Part shown: one piece after another, positions 8,218 to 17,842 of the stretch
Layout of the letters: each line of letters begins with the position of its first letter
How positions within the stretch are numbered: the first letter of the stretch is position 1
From: Planctomycetota bacterium
GTDB lineage: Bacteria > Planctomycetota > UBA11346
DNA length: 52,831 bases
Assembly: GCA_038213805.1 (NCBI GenBank)
Contig: JBBQSO010000031.1
Span: forward strand, 1 to 52,831
Reading direction: 5' to 3'
Made by a program: the position numbers and the translations under genes
The notes under the pieces: generated by a model
Database searches by the model: none
Told to the model about the DNA's origin: nothing
The model's input: the letters and a program-made list of their open reading frames with translations, nothing else

Positions 8218-10648
8218 ATTCCAGCAGGCTCTTGAGCGCCGCATCCTTCTCTGGCCCCTTGTGGAAGTCGAAGGCGCGCATGTAGCGCGGCTGCTCGGCT
8301 TCCGGGGTCTTGGGATCTTTCAGGATCTTGACCAACAGCGGCAGCGCCTTTACCGAGCGCGAACGCCAGATGATGTCGCGGCCCGCCGGGGTGTTCCAGC
8401 CCTCGCCGACCTTGTCGAGCCAGGCGCTGAAGTAGGCGTCGTCGTTCTTGTCGGCGCCGATGCCGAGCGCTTCGAGGTACCAGCGGTCCTTGCCGTCGTG
8501 CTGCATGGCGAGCGCGGCCCACTGCGCTGCAGCGCCGGGAGCGGCGCTGTGGCGCAGGCTGATCGCGCATTCGCGGCGCACCTGCGCCGAGGCGTCCTTG
8601 AGCAGGCTGCCGACCACCGTGGTCGCGTCGATCTTCAGCTCGCGCGCCAGGCGCAGGCCGACCATGCGCAGGTCGGGATCGGAATCGTGGATGGCCGCGG
8701 TGACCCAGGCCTGGCCCTTGCCCGGGTTCTTGCCGAGCAGCCACAGCGCGCGCGCGCGCAGGCGGGCGTCGGAGCCCTTCCACAGCTTGAGCAGCTCGGG
8801 CTCGGCCTGGTCGCCCAGCTCATGGAGCTTGGTCCACGCCAGGTAGCGCGTCGCCATGTTGGGCGAGCACAGCGCCTTGGCCGCACCCGCGGCCGAAGTC
8901 AGGTCGACCGCCGGCACCGTCGGCTTTGATCCCGGCGGGGCCACGCGGTAAAGGCGGCCGCCGGCGGATTCGGCGTCGTGATCGCCCATCTGGTGGCCGC
9001 CGACGCCCGGGTCGAACCAGTCGGCGATGAACAGCGCGCCATCGGGCGCGACCGCCACGTCCGCGGGGCGGAACCACGAATCCTTCGAGTGGACGACGTT
9101 CTCCATGGTCGCGCTGTAGCCGGCGCCGTCGACGGTGGTCGGGTAGGCGCGCACCACGTTGGGTCCGGCATCGCAGTGGATGGGCTGGTTGCGGAACACC
9201 GCGGGCAGCAGGCTGCCCTCGTAGATCAGCATGCCGGTCGGCGAGCCCGCGCCGGTCTGCAGCAGGTTGGGCACCACGCCCGGGTCATTGAGGTGCCAGT
9301 GGCGACGCGGGATCTCGGCTTCCAGGTTGGTGCGCTTCTCGCCCCAGCCGGCGCCGGTCATCTCGTCGGTGTAGCCGAAATTGCCGTGCTCCATCACGAA
9401 GCTGATGCGCACGCCACGGTTGCCGTCGTCGTCGTTGTCGCTCTGCCAGAGCGCGCCGAAGGAGTCGACCGCGACCTCGTAGTTGTTGCGGAAGTTGCTG
9501 CCCAGCACCTCGAACTCGCTGCCGTCGAGGTTGCAGCGGAAGACCATGCCCTGGCGGTAGGGGTGGCCCTTGGCGTTCACCTCGTCGCCCTCGAGCGAGA
9601 TGATCGGCTTGCCGTCCTTGTCCTTGATCTGCTCGCCGGCGTTGCCGAAGTTGAAGTAGAGCTTGCCGTCCGGACCGAAGGTGAAGGCGTGCATGCCGTG
9701 GTCGTGCTGCGTGCCGCTGACGCCGGTGAAGAGCTTCTCCTTGGTCGGCTCCTTGCCTTCGCCGTTGTCGGTGAAGATGAAGACGTCGGGCGAGCGCGAG
9801 ACGATGACCTTGTCGCCCAGCACGCAGATGCCGAGCGCCGAGTCGATGTCCTTGCCCTGGTAGAAGACGCGCGATTTGTCGGCCTTGCCGTCGCCGTCGG
9901 TGTCTTCGAGCACCATGATGCGGTCACCGGCCAGGCGCAGGTTCTGCCACTGGCGGTAGTTCAGGCCCTCGGCCACCCACACCCGCCCCTTGGCGTCGAT
10001 GTCGATATTGGTCGGGTTGGAGAACATCGGTTCAGATGCCCACAGCCCGACCTCGACGCCATCGGCGATCTCCATCGCCGCGAGCGACTCCTGCGGGCCG
10101 AGGTGCGGAACGCCGCCGCCACCGGTGCCGCTCGGCAGCTTGTCGAGGTAGACGAAGAACTGCACCGTGGTCTGGGCGCCGCCGCCCTGGTCGGTGCCGC
10201 CCTTGTCGGGGCCGGCCTTGGCGGTGAAGCGCGTGAAGCCCTTGCCGGCGATGTCGTAGGCGACGATCGAGGTGGCGTGCACGCCCAGGCCGTCGACCGG
10301 CTTGCCGTCGACGATCATCGGGTCGCTGTTGGCGTTCTTGCCGACGTGCACCTCGTTCCAGCCGCTGGCTGCAGACTTCCACTTCATGGTGGTCAGCTTG
10401 GTGCTGCCCGACGGCCCGGTCAGGGTCGGCTCGACCCAGTCGGCCCAGTCGCAGGCAAAGCCGTCGCCGCCGTCGCCCACCATCAGGTAGAGCGTCTTGG
10501 CGCCGGTGACATCGATGTCGATGTCGACGACGCCACTGCGCAGCACCGCGCTGGCGAACGCGGGCTTGGCCTGCTCGGCGGCGAGGGCGTGGCCGCCGCA
10601 AGCGAGGGCGAGCAGCGCGGCGGACAGGGCGGTAGTCTTCATGGACAT
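8216..10648 (-). CDS. Secreted PVC-type membrane-bound-dehydrogenase-like beta-propeller protein with N-terminal NPCBM domain and HEAT repeats
   Basis: Signal peptide; WASEPMFSNPTNIDID, LEDTDGDGKAD, NFRNNYE, WFRPADVAVAPDG motifs; no CxxCH in this ORF. Confidence 0.85.
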   Translation of the reverse strand: MSMKTTALSAALLALACGGHALAAEQAKPAFASAVLRSGVVDIDIDVTGAKTLYLMVGDGGDGFACDWADWVEPTLTGPSGSTKLTTMKWKSAASGWNEVHVGKNANSDPMIVDGKPVDGLGVHATSIVAYDIAGKGFTRFTAKAGPDKGGTDQGGGAQTTVQFFVYLDKLPSGTGGGGVPHLGPQESLAAMEIADGVEVGLWASEPMFSNPTNIDIDAKGRVWVAEGLNYRQWQNLRLAGDRIMVLEDTDGDGKADKSRVFYQGKDIDSALGICVLGDKVIVSRSPDVFIFTDNGEGKEPTKEKLFTGVSGTQHDHGMHAFTFGPDGKLYFNFGNAGEQIKDKDGKPIISLEGDEVNAKGHPYRQGMVFRCNLDGSEFEVLGSNFRNNYEVAVDSFGALWQSDNDDDGNRGVRISFVMEHGNFGYTDEMTGAGWGEKRTNLEAEIPRRHWHLNDPGVVPNLLQTGAGSPTGMLIYEGSLLPAVFRNQPIHCDAGPNVVRAYPTTVDGAGYSATMENVVHSKDSWFRPADVAVAPDGALFIADWFDPGVGGHQMGDHDAESAGGRLYRVAPPGSKPTVPAVDLTSAAGAAKALCSPNMATRYLAWTKLHELGDQAEPELLKLWKGSDARLRARALWLLGKNPGKGQAWVTAAIHDSDPDLRMVGLRLARELKIDATTVVGSLLKDASAQVRRECAISLRHSAAPGAAAQWAALAMQHDGKDRWYLEALGIGADKNDDAYFSAWLDKVGEGWNTPAGRDIIWRSRSVKALPLLVKILKDPKTPEAEQPRYMRAFDFHKGPEKDAALKSLLE

Positions 10649-10727
10649 GGGGGGCTCCGGAGGAAGGACGGGCAGGAAGGGAGACGGTTGGAAATAGAGT
10701 AGGAAATAGGGGAGAGCAAAATCAGCG

Positions 10728-12704
10728 TCACTTTTCGACCACAACCAGGAAGCGCACCGAGGTCGCTTTGCCGTCGTTCTGGTCGGTGCCACCCTTGTCG
10801 ACGCCGCCCTTGGCGGTGAAGCGCTTGGCCCCGGCCGGCAGGTCGTAGACCAGCTGGGACTTGGCGTGCACGCCGATGCCGTCACCGATGGTCTGATCGC
10901 CGACCATCAGCGGGCCGCCACCGGCGTTGTGGCCGACGTGCGCCTCGTTCCAACCGCTGGTCGCGCTCTTCCAGGCCACGCTGGTGAGCTTGATTGGGCC
11001 GCTGGCAGTGGTCACCACCGGATCGATCCAGTCCGCCCAGTCGCAGGCGAAGCCGTCCCCGCCGTCGTCGACCGCCAGGATCAGGCGCTTGCCGCCGCTG
11101 ACGTCGACGTCGATGTCGATGGTGCCGGCGCGCACCACGGCGCTGGCGAAGGCCGCCTTGGCCGGGTCGAGCGCGCCCGCGCCGCTCGCGCGCGCCGTGA
11201 CGCGCTCGCGCAGCCAGTGGTTGAGCTCATCGTCGCTGGGATCGGAGACCACGCCACCGGCGGGGACCTCAGCGTGGGCGATCCACAGCAACGCGTTCAG
11301 CACCAGACGGCGCTGGTCGGGGTCGGCCCAATTCTTGTGGTAGTGCCCGCCGGTGAAGCCGAAGCCGCGGTTAGCGCCGGCATTGTCGACCACCCACATC
11401 ATGGTCTCGGCGCGCCCGTCCATCGCCACGATGTGCGGGTAGGGGCCACTGCCGGAATACGGATGGCTGCGGGTGTCGGCGCTGGGCTTGTCCTGGAGGA
11501 TGGGCAGCACGCCACTGGCGTCTTCGCGGAAGCGCATGTTGAAATACCACTCGTCGGTGGTGCTGAAGGGTTTGACGCCGCGCGTCACCGCGTGCTCGGG
11601 CAGGCTGGCGTAATTCGCCTTCCACACCGGGTTCGCCGACCAGCCGCCTTCGTAGTAGCCGCCGATCCAGCGCTTGAACTCCGCGCCGCCGTGGTCCTTC
11701 GGCACCTCGACGGCATAGTGCGCGAAGCCCAGTCCCACGCCCTGCTTGGCCAACGCATCGAGCCGCGCGAGGCGCTCGCCCTGGACCGCCGGATTGCCCC
11801 CGCCGCCGTCCGCATAGAGGAACACCGCATCGGCGTTGTCGAAGGCGGTGGGGTCCGCGGGCCAACCGGTGAAGTGGTGCGCAGCGACCACGCCCGGCAC
11901 CTTGTCGAGGCAACTGCGCAGCGCCGCGACGCCGGCCTCGAACTCGTGCTCGCCCAGGCCATGGCTGTTCGGCCCGGCGAGCAGCACGATCTTCTTGCGG
12001 CCATCGGAGAGCTTGAGGCGCTTGAGCGCGAGGTCCTTGAACTGCACGGTGAAGTGCGCGAAGCCCGCGTGCATCTGCAGCGCGAGCACGCCCTGCATGG
12101 CGCGCTTGCCCGGCTGGTCGTCGGTGAATTCGCAGGTCACCACGCCGTTGATCTTCTGCACCACGTGGTTGCCCTGGGCGAGGATGTCGTACTCGTTCCA
12201 GTCCTCCTTGTGCAGGGCGGCGATGATCTTGTCACGCTCACCGACGGTGCCGACCTCGCTGACCTTGCCGTCCGCGTCGATGTGCGTCTTCTGCCCGGCC
12301 TTGGCGAGCAGGCCGCGGCCGCGCTCTTCGTAGTTGGCGCCGGTCCAGTCGTTGCCGCCATCCATGTCGGCCTGGTAGCCGCTGACGATCCACTCGTCCG
12401 CCGCCTTGGAACGGAACTGGATGCCGGAGTTGCCACCGACGATCTTGAACTTCGCAACCAGCTCGAAATCGTCGACCTCGCCGTCCTTCCAGATGCAGAA
12501 GGTGTTGTGCGCCGGCTGCTTCTCCGGCGTGCACTCGCCGGTGAGCGCGCCGTCCTGCACCGACCAGAAGGTCGGATCCGCATCCCAGCCGGTCAGGTCC
12601 TTGCCGTTGAAGATCGGCTTGAAGCCTGCCTGCTCCTCGGCGGCGGAGGCGCCGGCCACCAGGGCCGCGAACAGGAGGATCCGGGCGGAGGCGCGTGGGA
12701 GCAT
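10728..12704 (-). CDS. Secreted DUF1080 + ThuA-like + NPCBM multidomain protein
   Basis: Signal peptide; IFNGKDLTGW and GNSGIQFRS (DUF1080); GPNSHGLGEHE and GFTGGHYH (ThuA-like); C-terminal NPCBM. Confidence 0.85.
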   Translation of the reverse strand: MLPRASARILLFAALVAGASAAEEQAGFKPIFNGKDLTGWDADPTFWSVQDGALTGECTPEKQPAHNTFCIWKDGEVDDFELVAKFKIVGGNSGIQFRSKAADEWIVSGYQADMDGGNDWTGANYEERGRGLLAKAGQKTHIDADGKVSEVGTVGERDKIIAALHKEDWNEYDILAQGNHVVQKINGVVTCEFTDDQPGKRAMQGVLALQMHAGFAHFTVQFKDLALKRLKLSDGRKKIVLLAGPNSHGLGEHEFEAGVAALRSCLDKVPGVVAAHHFTGWPADPTAFDNADAVFLYADGGGGNPAVQGERLARLDALAKQGVGLGFAHYAVEVPKDHGGAEFKRWIGGYYEGGWSANPVWKANYASLPEHAVTRGVKPFSTTDEWYFNMRFREDASGVLPILQDKPSADTRSHPYSGSGPYPHIVAMDGRAETMMWVVDNAGANRGFGFTGGHYHKNWADPDQRRLVLNALLWIAHAEVPAGGVVSDPSDDELNHWLRERVTARASGAGALDPAKAAFASAVVRAGTIDIDVDVSGGKRLILAVDDGGDGFACDWADWIDPVVTTASGPIKLTSVAWKSATSGWNEAHVGHNAGGGPLMVGDQTIGDGIGVHAKSQLVYDLPAGAKRFTAKGGVDKGGTDQNDGKATSVRFLVVVEK

Positions 12705-12946
12705 GGCTTTTCCTGGGGAGGCGACGGAACGTCCCGACTGGGAGATACACGCGGCGGACGCCGGTGTTGAACGCGGGGCGGCGGGGACTGTGACGGATTC
12801 CGCGCGCAGATGTGCGGGGCGTGCGGCTTTCATCGTCAGCGGAGCGGGAACGGATACAACGGCGCGGCGACGGACGCCTGTTCTGACGTGGCCTGCCGGA
12901 GCTTCGTTGCAACCCGGCATGCCGGCACCGGCCACGCGCGCGGCGC

Positions 12947-14197
12947 TCATGGCGCCGTCAGGAAGCCGCATTCGACCCAATCGACGTGGTCGCAGGCGTA
13001 GCCGTCGCCGGCATCGTCGGTGCGCAGGACGACTTTTTGACAGGAGTCGGGCAGCGCGACCGCGAAGCGCCAGCTCTCCTGGCGGCTGGCGCGCAGCACC
13101 GGCGAACGCGCGAGCTCGACCTGGCGCGTGCCATCATCGGACAACACGATGCAGATCACCGTCGGGGTGCAGCGGTCCTGCCGGCTGCCGATGTCGAGGC
13201 CGACCAGCGCGACGAAGGCCGACCATTCCGGGCGGCGCGCGTAGACCGCTTCGCCTGGCGGATGCAGCCCAAGGCCACGTGCGTAGGTGTGACCCTCGAC
13301 CATCAGCGGGCCGCCCGACACCGAACGGTCCTTGGCGAAGACGCCCCAGCCGACGGTCACCGCGAGCGGCGTGATATCGCTGATTTCGACCTGCGGCGTG
13401 AGCGCGCTGGAACGCGGCGGAGGTGGTGGCGGCAAGAAGCGCGGAGGCGGAGCTGACAAGGCGTGTGCGCCGAGCGCGACCGCGATCGTCAGGCCGGCGG
13501 CGATGGCCGCCACCGTCGCCGCCTTGCCCGCCACCATCGCCAGCCCCGCGCCCTTCGCGAGCGCCGACGCGGACGCCGAGGTGCTCTTGGTGATGGCGCC
13601 GACGATGGCCGCGTGGGTGGTGGCCGAAGCCGCCTGCGCCTGGCCCGCGCACAGCGCGGTGAGGACCACTGCATCGACCACGACGCCGCGCCGCTTCATC
13701 AGGCCGCGCAACGCCGTCAGCCCGCGTTGCAGCAGCTTGTAGGCGTTGTCGCGGCTGGTGTCGAGCGCGACCGCGATCTCACCGACCTCCTGCCCGGCCA
13801 GGTAGTGCAGGCTGAGCGCGTCGCGCTGGCGCGTCGGCAGGCGGTTCATGCACTCGTCGAGCAGGTCGAGCGCCTCGGGCCGCGTGGCCTCTGCCGTCGG
13901 CACCGCGCGACGCTCCAAGCGCACCCGCCGCGCCGCCGCGCGCCGCGAGCGCGTGCCTACGAACCATGCGCAGCGCAGCAGCCACGCCGCCAGCACCGGC
14001 GCGCGCGCCGCGGCGGCCGGGCGCCGCGCCAGGACCAGAAACACCGCCTGCACACAGTCGTCAGCGTCGCCCGGCGCCGCCTGGCGCAGGCACGCGGCGC
14101 GCACCAGACCGAGATGGCGCGTCACCAGGGCGCCGAAGGCCTCCTGGTTTCCGCCGCGCCAGTCGGCGAGCAGCTGCGCATCGGTGGGGGCGTCCAT
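12947..14197 (-). CDS. ECF sigma factor fused via a TM segment to a C-terminal NPCBM domain
   Basis: TDAQLL, DADDCVQAVFLVL, LAAWL (sigma2); LPTRQRDALSLHY (sigma4); hydrophobic helix, Pro linker, GWG...GLGLH...DHVDW. Confidence 0.85.
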   Translation of the reverse strand: MDAPTDAQLLADWRGGNQEAFGALVTRHLGLVRAACLRQAAPGDADDCVQAVFLVLARRPAAAARAPVLAAWLLRCAWFVGTRSRRAAARRVRLERRAVPTAEATRPEALDLLDECMNRLPTRQRDALSLHYLAGQEVGEIAVALDTSRDNAYKLLQRGLTALRGLMKRRGVVVDAVVLTALCAGQAQAASATTHAAIVGAITKSTSASASALAKGAGLAMVAGKAATVAAIAAGLTIAVALGAHALSAPPPRFLPPPPPPRSSALTPQVEISDITPLAVTVGWGVFAKDRSVSGGPLMVEGHTYARGLGLHPPGEAVYARRPEWSAFVALVGLDIGSRQDRCTPTVICIVLSDDGTRQVELARSPVLRASRQESWRFAVALPDSCQKVVLRTDDAGDGYACDHVDWVECGFLTAP

Positions 14198-14278
14198 GTC
14201 CGGTCTATCCCCGCAGCGAAGCGCGATTGGACAGCGGATGTAGACGCAAGGCCCGTTCTAGCGGGTGCCCTGGCGGCC

Positions 14279-14875
14279 TCAGGGTTTGGCGAGGCGGATT
14301 AGGTTGCCGTTGGCGTCGACGACCGACTCGTGGGCGAGGTTGTCGCAGCAGTACGGATCGCCGTCCTTCGACGCCTCGATCGCGATGGTCGGATTGCGGT
14401 TGGTGCCCGCGCCGGTGGTGCTGTGCGGACGGGTATCGCCGATGCCGGTCGAGATGACGTCGCGGCGCGTCTGGTTGAGGCCTTCGAAGGGCTGATTCTC
14501 GATCTTCGCGACCGGCACGTCCTTGAGCCGCTTGTCGGGGCCGACCGGGTGCATGCGCGCGTCCTCGGCGCCGACGGGCGGACCGTCGCTGGGACCGTTG
14601 CCGTGCACTTCCTGCGGAGCGAAGGCGACCTTGGCCTGCGGCTTGAACTTCTGGCCGGGCACCGTGCAATCGGCGCGCTTGCGGTGCTCGCCATCGAGGG
14701 TTGGCGGCTGCGCCGGCAGTTCGAAGACCTCGTCGTCGGCCGAGTAGCCGAGCCGGCCGACGGTGGTGAACGACTCGTCGGAGTTGGGGATGTACCGCGT
14801 CTGGTAGTACATGGTGCTGTCGCCACAGCCTGCGAGCAGGAGCAGGACGGGGAGCAGGGCGGTCGAGCGGCGCAT
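14279..14875 (-). CDS. Hypothetical lipoprotein
   Basis: MRRSTALLPVLLLLAGC lipobox; GC-rich third codon positions. Confidence 0.75.
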   Translation of the reverse strand: MRRSTALLPVLLLLAGCGDSTMYYQTRYIPNSDESFTTVGRLGYSADDEVFELPAQPPTLDGEHRKRADCTVPGQKFKPQAKVAFAPQEVHGNGPSDGPPVGAEDARMHPVGPDKRLKDVPVAKIENQPFEGLNQTRRDVISTGIGDTRPHSTTGAGTNRNPTIAIEASKDGDPYCCDNLAHESVVDANGNLIRLAKP

Positions 14876-15074
14876 GGAGCGGATGCTGGATGACCCCCCG
14901 GGGGCCGGCAACCGGAATATTCCCGGAGGGGCCCAGGTGTACAGGACACCAGGACGGCCGTCCGCTGTCCGGCGTACCCGACGTCCTCGTGGCTCACGGG
15001 GCAGTCGGACAGCGGACGGCCGCCCCTCCCCCTCCCCCTGGCCTCCTCCCCCGCGGTCCTAGGATCCCCCTGCC

Positions 15075-15923
15075 ATGACCGACGCCGTGCTGCGCACCGT
15101 GAAGCTGACCAAGGTCTACACCGACTTCTGGGGCCGCCCCCGGGTGGCGGCGCTCGACGACCTGAGCATCGATGTGCGCCCCGGCGAGGTCTTCGGCCTG
15201 CTCGGCCCCAACGGCTCGGGCAAGACCACCACCATCAAGCTGCTGCTCGGCCTGCTGCGTCCGACCAGCGGCGACGCCTTCGTGTTCGGCCGCGATCCCG
15301 CGGACCAGGCGGTCAAGCACCGCCTCGGCTACCTGCCGGAGGAGACCTACCTCTACAAGTTCCTCGACGCGGAGGAGACCCTGGCCTTCTTCGGCCGCCT
15401 TTTCCGCCTGCCCGCCGCGGTCATCCGCACGCGCAGCGCCGAGCTCATCGAGCTGGTCGGCCTCGGCCACGCGCGCAAGCGCCGCCTGGGCGAGTACTCG
15501 AAGGGCATGGCGCGCCGCCTCGGCCTAGCCCAGGCGCTGATCAACGACCCCGACCTGGTGGTGCTGGACGAGCCGACCTCGGGCCTCGACCCGCTCGGCT
15601 CGGCCGAGGTCAAGGAACTGATCCTGCGCCTGAAGAAGGCCGGCAAGACCGTGCTGCTGTGCAGCCACCTGCTCGGCGACGTCGAGGATCTCTGCGACCG
15701 CATCGCCATCCTCCACCAGGGTGTGCTGCGCGAGCTCGGCAGCGTCGACGACCTGCTGCGCACCGACGACCGCGTGTCCGTGGAGCTCGCCCACCCGGAC
15801 GCGGCGACCCTGGCCGCAGTGCGCGCCGCCGCCGGTCCGACGCTGCTCAGCGTGGCGCCGCCGCGCGAGCGCCTTGAAGCGCACTTCAGACGCATCATCG
15901 CGGCCGCCGGGAAGAAGCCGTGA
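15075..15923 (+). CDS. ABC transporter ATP-binding protein (PilH/Xap-like exporter type)
   Basis: Walker A GPNGSGKT, signature YSKGM, Walker B VVLDEP, SH switch. Confidence 0.95.
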   Translation: MTDAVLRTVKLTKVYTDFWGRPRVAALDDLSIDVRPGEVFGLLGPNGSGKTTTIKLLLGLLRPTSGDAFVFGRDPADQAVKHRLGYLPEETYLYKFLDAEETLAFFGRLFRLPAAVIRTRSAELIELVGLGHARKRRLGEYSKGMARRLGLAQALINDPDLVVLDEPTSGLDPLGSAEVKELILRLKKAGKTVLLCSHLLGDVEDLCDRIAILHQGVLRELGSVDDLLRTDDRVSVELAHPDAATLAAVRAAAGPTLLSVAPPRERLEAHFRRIIAAAGKKP

Positions 15924-16415
15924 CGCGGGTGGGGCGGACCGCGGATAAAACAGGAGCCGTGACGCGGGTGGGGCGGACCGCGGATAAAACAGGAGACGCG
16001 GAGACGCGGAGACCGGATGAGGACCGCTCGGGCCGGGCAGGCGACGCTCCCTGGGTCCACGTGAGGCCCACCCGGCCGTCCTCCTCCAACCTCTGCGTCT
16101 CCGCGTCTCCTGTTCGATCCGGCCGTCCGTCCGGTCTGTCTGCGCCTCCCGCGGCTGCCGGAGGTCCACCGTCGTATCATCGCGGCCGCCGGGAAGAAAC
16201 CGTGACGCGGGTGGGGCGGACGGCAGATAAAACAAGAGACGCAGAGACGCGGAGACCGGATGAGGACCGCTCGGGCCGGGCCGGCGGCGCTCCCTTGGTC
16301 CACGTGAGGCCCACCCGGCCGTGCTCCTCCAACCTCTGCGTCTCCGCGTCTCCTGTTCGATCCGGCCGTCCGTCCGGTCTGTCTGGGCCTCCCGCGGCTG
16401 CCGGAGGTCCACCGT
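15891..16415. repeat. 243-bp tandem duplication; copy 1 carries an extra 39-bp internal duplication; each copy has an internal inverted repeat
   Basis: Copy 1 15891-16172, copy 2 16173-16415; arms AACAGGAGACGCGGAGACGCGGAG / CTCTGCGTCTCCGCGTCTCCTGTT. Confidence 0.92.
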
Positions 16416-17733
16416 GCTGAGCTGGTTCGCCGGCGTCCGCGCCCTCGCCGGGCTCAGCATCACCGAGGCCATGCGCCAGCGACTGTGGCTGCTGCTGCTG
16501 GCCGGGGTGGCGGTGGTGCTGGCGAGCGCGCCGTCGCTGCGCGCGGTCGACGGCGCGGCGCGGCTCAAGCTGGCGGTGGTGGTGATCACCGCGGCGATCG
16601 GCTTCATCGCGGTGCTGATGGCGGTGTTCGTGGCGGCCACGGCGCTGCGCCGCGACCTCGACGCGCGCACCGCCTTCGTGCTGTTCAGCAAGCCCCTGCC
16701 GCGCTCCGCCTACCTGGTCGGCCGCTGGGCCGGGGTGCTGGCGGCGCTGCTCATCGGCACGGTGGTGCTGTGCGCGGTCGGCACCGCCGCCATCGCCTGG
16801 CAGTTCGGCGGTCTGCCGGCGATGCGCGCGGCGGTCGCACCGGCCGCGTGGGAACAGGTCAGCGCCTTCGGTCAGGCCATCCCCATCGACGCCGCGCGCA
16901 CCCGCACCCAGCTCTCGGGCGCGGTCGGCAACGGGGTGCGCTTCCACCTCACCGGCCTGTCCGGGAATCCCGGTCCGGCTGGCTTCGAGGTGCTGCTCAA
17001 GGGGCGCGTGCGCAGCTACGATCCCGACCAGGTGATGGACGACCTGCTGGTGCAGGTGACCGCCCTGCCCAGCGCCGGCCAGGCGTGGCCGCCGCGCGTG
17101 CTCGCCCTCGACGCGCAGAGCCCCTACGGCTCCCGGCGCGGCGGCGAGCCGGTGCCGGCCGGCCAGGTCGCGCTCAAGGACCGCGACGAGTCGCGTACTG
17201 ATCTCGCCCAGGACTACCTGCGCCTGCGCCTGCCGGCGGAATGCATCGGCGCCGACGGCAGCGCCCTGCTGCAAATCACCCGCCTTGAGGCGCGCGCCGC
17301 GCTGGTGTTCGCGCGCGCCGACAGCCTGCGCGTCGCGGTCGACGGTGGCAACCTGTTCCTCAATCTGGTGCGCGGCGGGCTGGTGCTGCTTGCCAGCGCC
17401 GGGCTGATCGCCGCGTGGACGCTATTCTGCGCAGTGCTGTCCAGCCTTGGCGTCACCGCGCTCGGCGGGTTGACGCTGTACTTCGCCGGCTCCGCCCTGG
17501 GCGTGATGCGCGAGGTGCTCAGCTACAACGACACCGGCACCGGCATGCGCCGCCTGCTTGAGCTCGCCCTGACGGTGATTCCCGACTTCTCGCGCTACGA
17601 CGTCGCTGCCCAGCTCGCCGCCAGCGAGGCCGTCGGCTGGGCCACGGTGGGCGCCGCGTGGGCGTACAACGGGGTCTACATCGGCATCTTCCTGGTCCTG
17701 GCGTGGGTCGGGCTGGCGCGGAGGGAGCTGTGA
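16414..17733 (+). CDS. ABC exporter permease (PilI-like) with large extracytoplasmic insert
   Basis: GGAGG + GTG start; RDLDARTAFVLFSKPLPRSAYLVGR motif; C-terminal ARREL. Confidence 0.85.
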   Translation: MLSWFAGVRALAGLSITEAMRQRLWLLLLAGVAVVLASAPSLRAVDGAARLKLAVVVITAAIGFIAVLMAVFVAATALRRDLDARTAFVLFSKPLPRSAYLVGRWAGVLAALLIGTVVLCAVGTAAIAWQFGGLPAMRAAVAPAAWEQVSAFGQAIPIDAARTRTQLSGAVGNGVRFHLTGLSGNPGPAGFEVLLKGRVRSYDPDQVMDDLLVQVTALPSAGQAWPPRVLALDAQSPYGSRRGGEPVPAGQVALKDRDESRTDLAQDYLRLRLPAECIGADGSALLQITRLEARAALVFARADSLRVAVDGGNLFLNLVRGGLVLLASAGLIAAWTLFCAVLSSLGVTALGGLTLYFAGSALGVMREVLSYNDTGTGMRRLLELALTVIPDFSRYDVAAQLAASEAVGWATVGAAWAYNGVYIGIFLVLAWVGLARREL

Positions 17734-17842
17734 TCCTGCTGGCGCGGTGTGCGACGTGCGGAGTGCGGAGCGGCGTTTCCGCGCTCTGCCGTCGCCTGGA
17801 CACGCAGGTCGCTTGCCGCACCCCGCACCGGCGTGCAGCGCC

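Noticed and set aside
15891..16415. Repeats as a CRISPR array
   Set aside because: Only two long units plus an adjacent 39-bp duplicate; no unique spacers and no cas genes
15920..16420. 166-aa ORF overlapping the ABC ATPase stop
   Set aside because: It is simply the translation of the duplicated intergenic repeat
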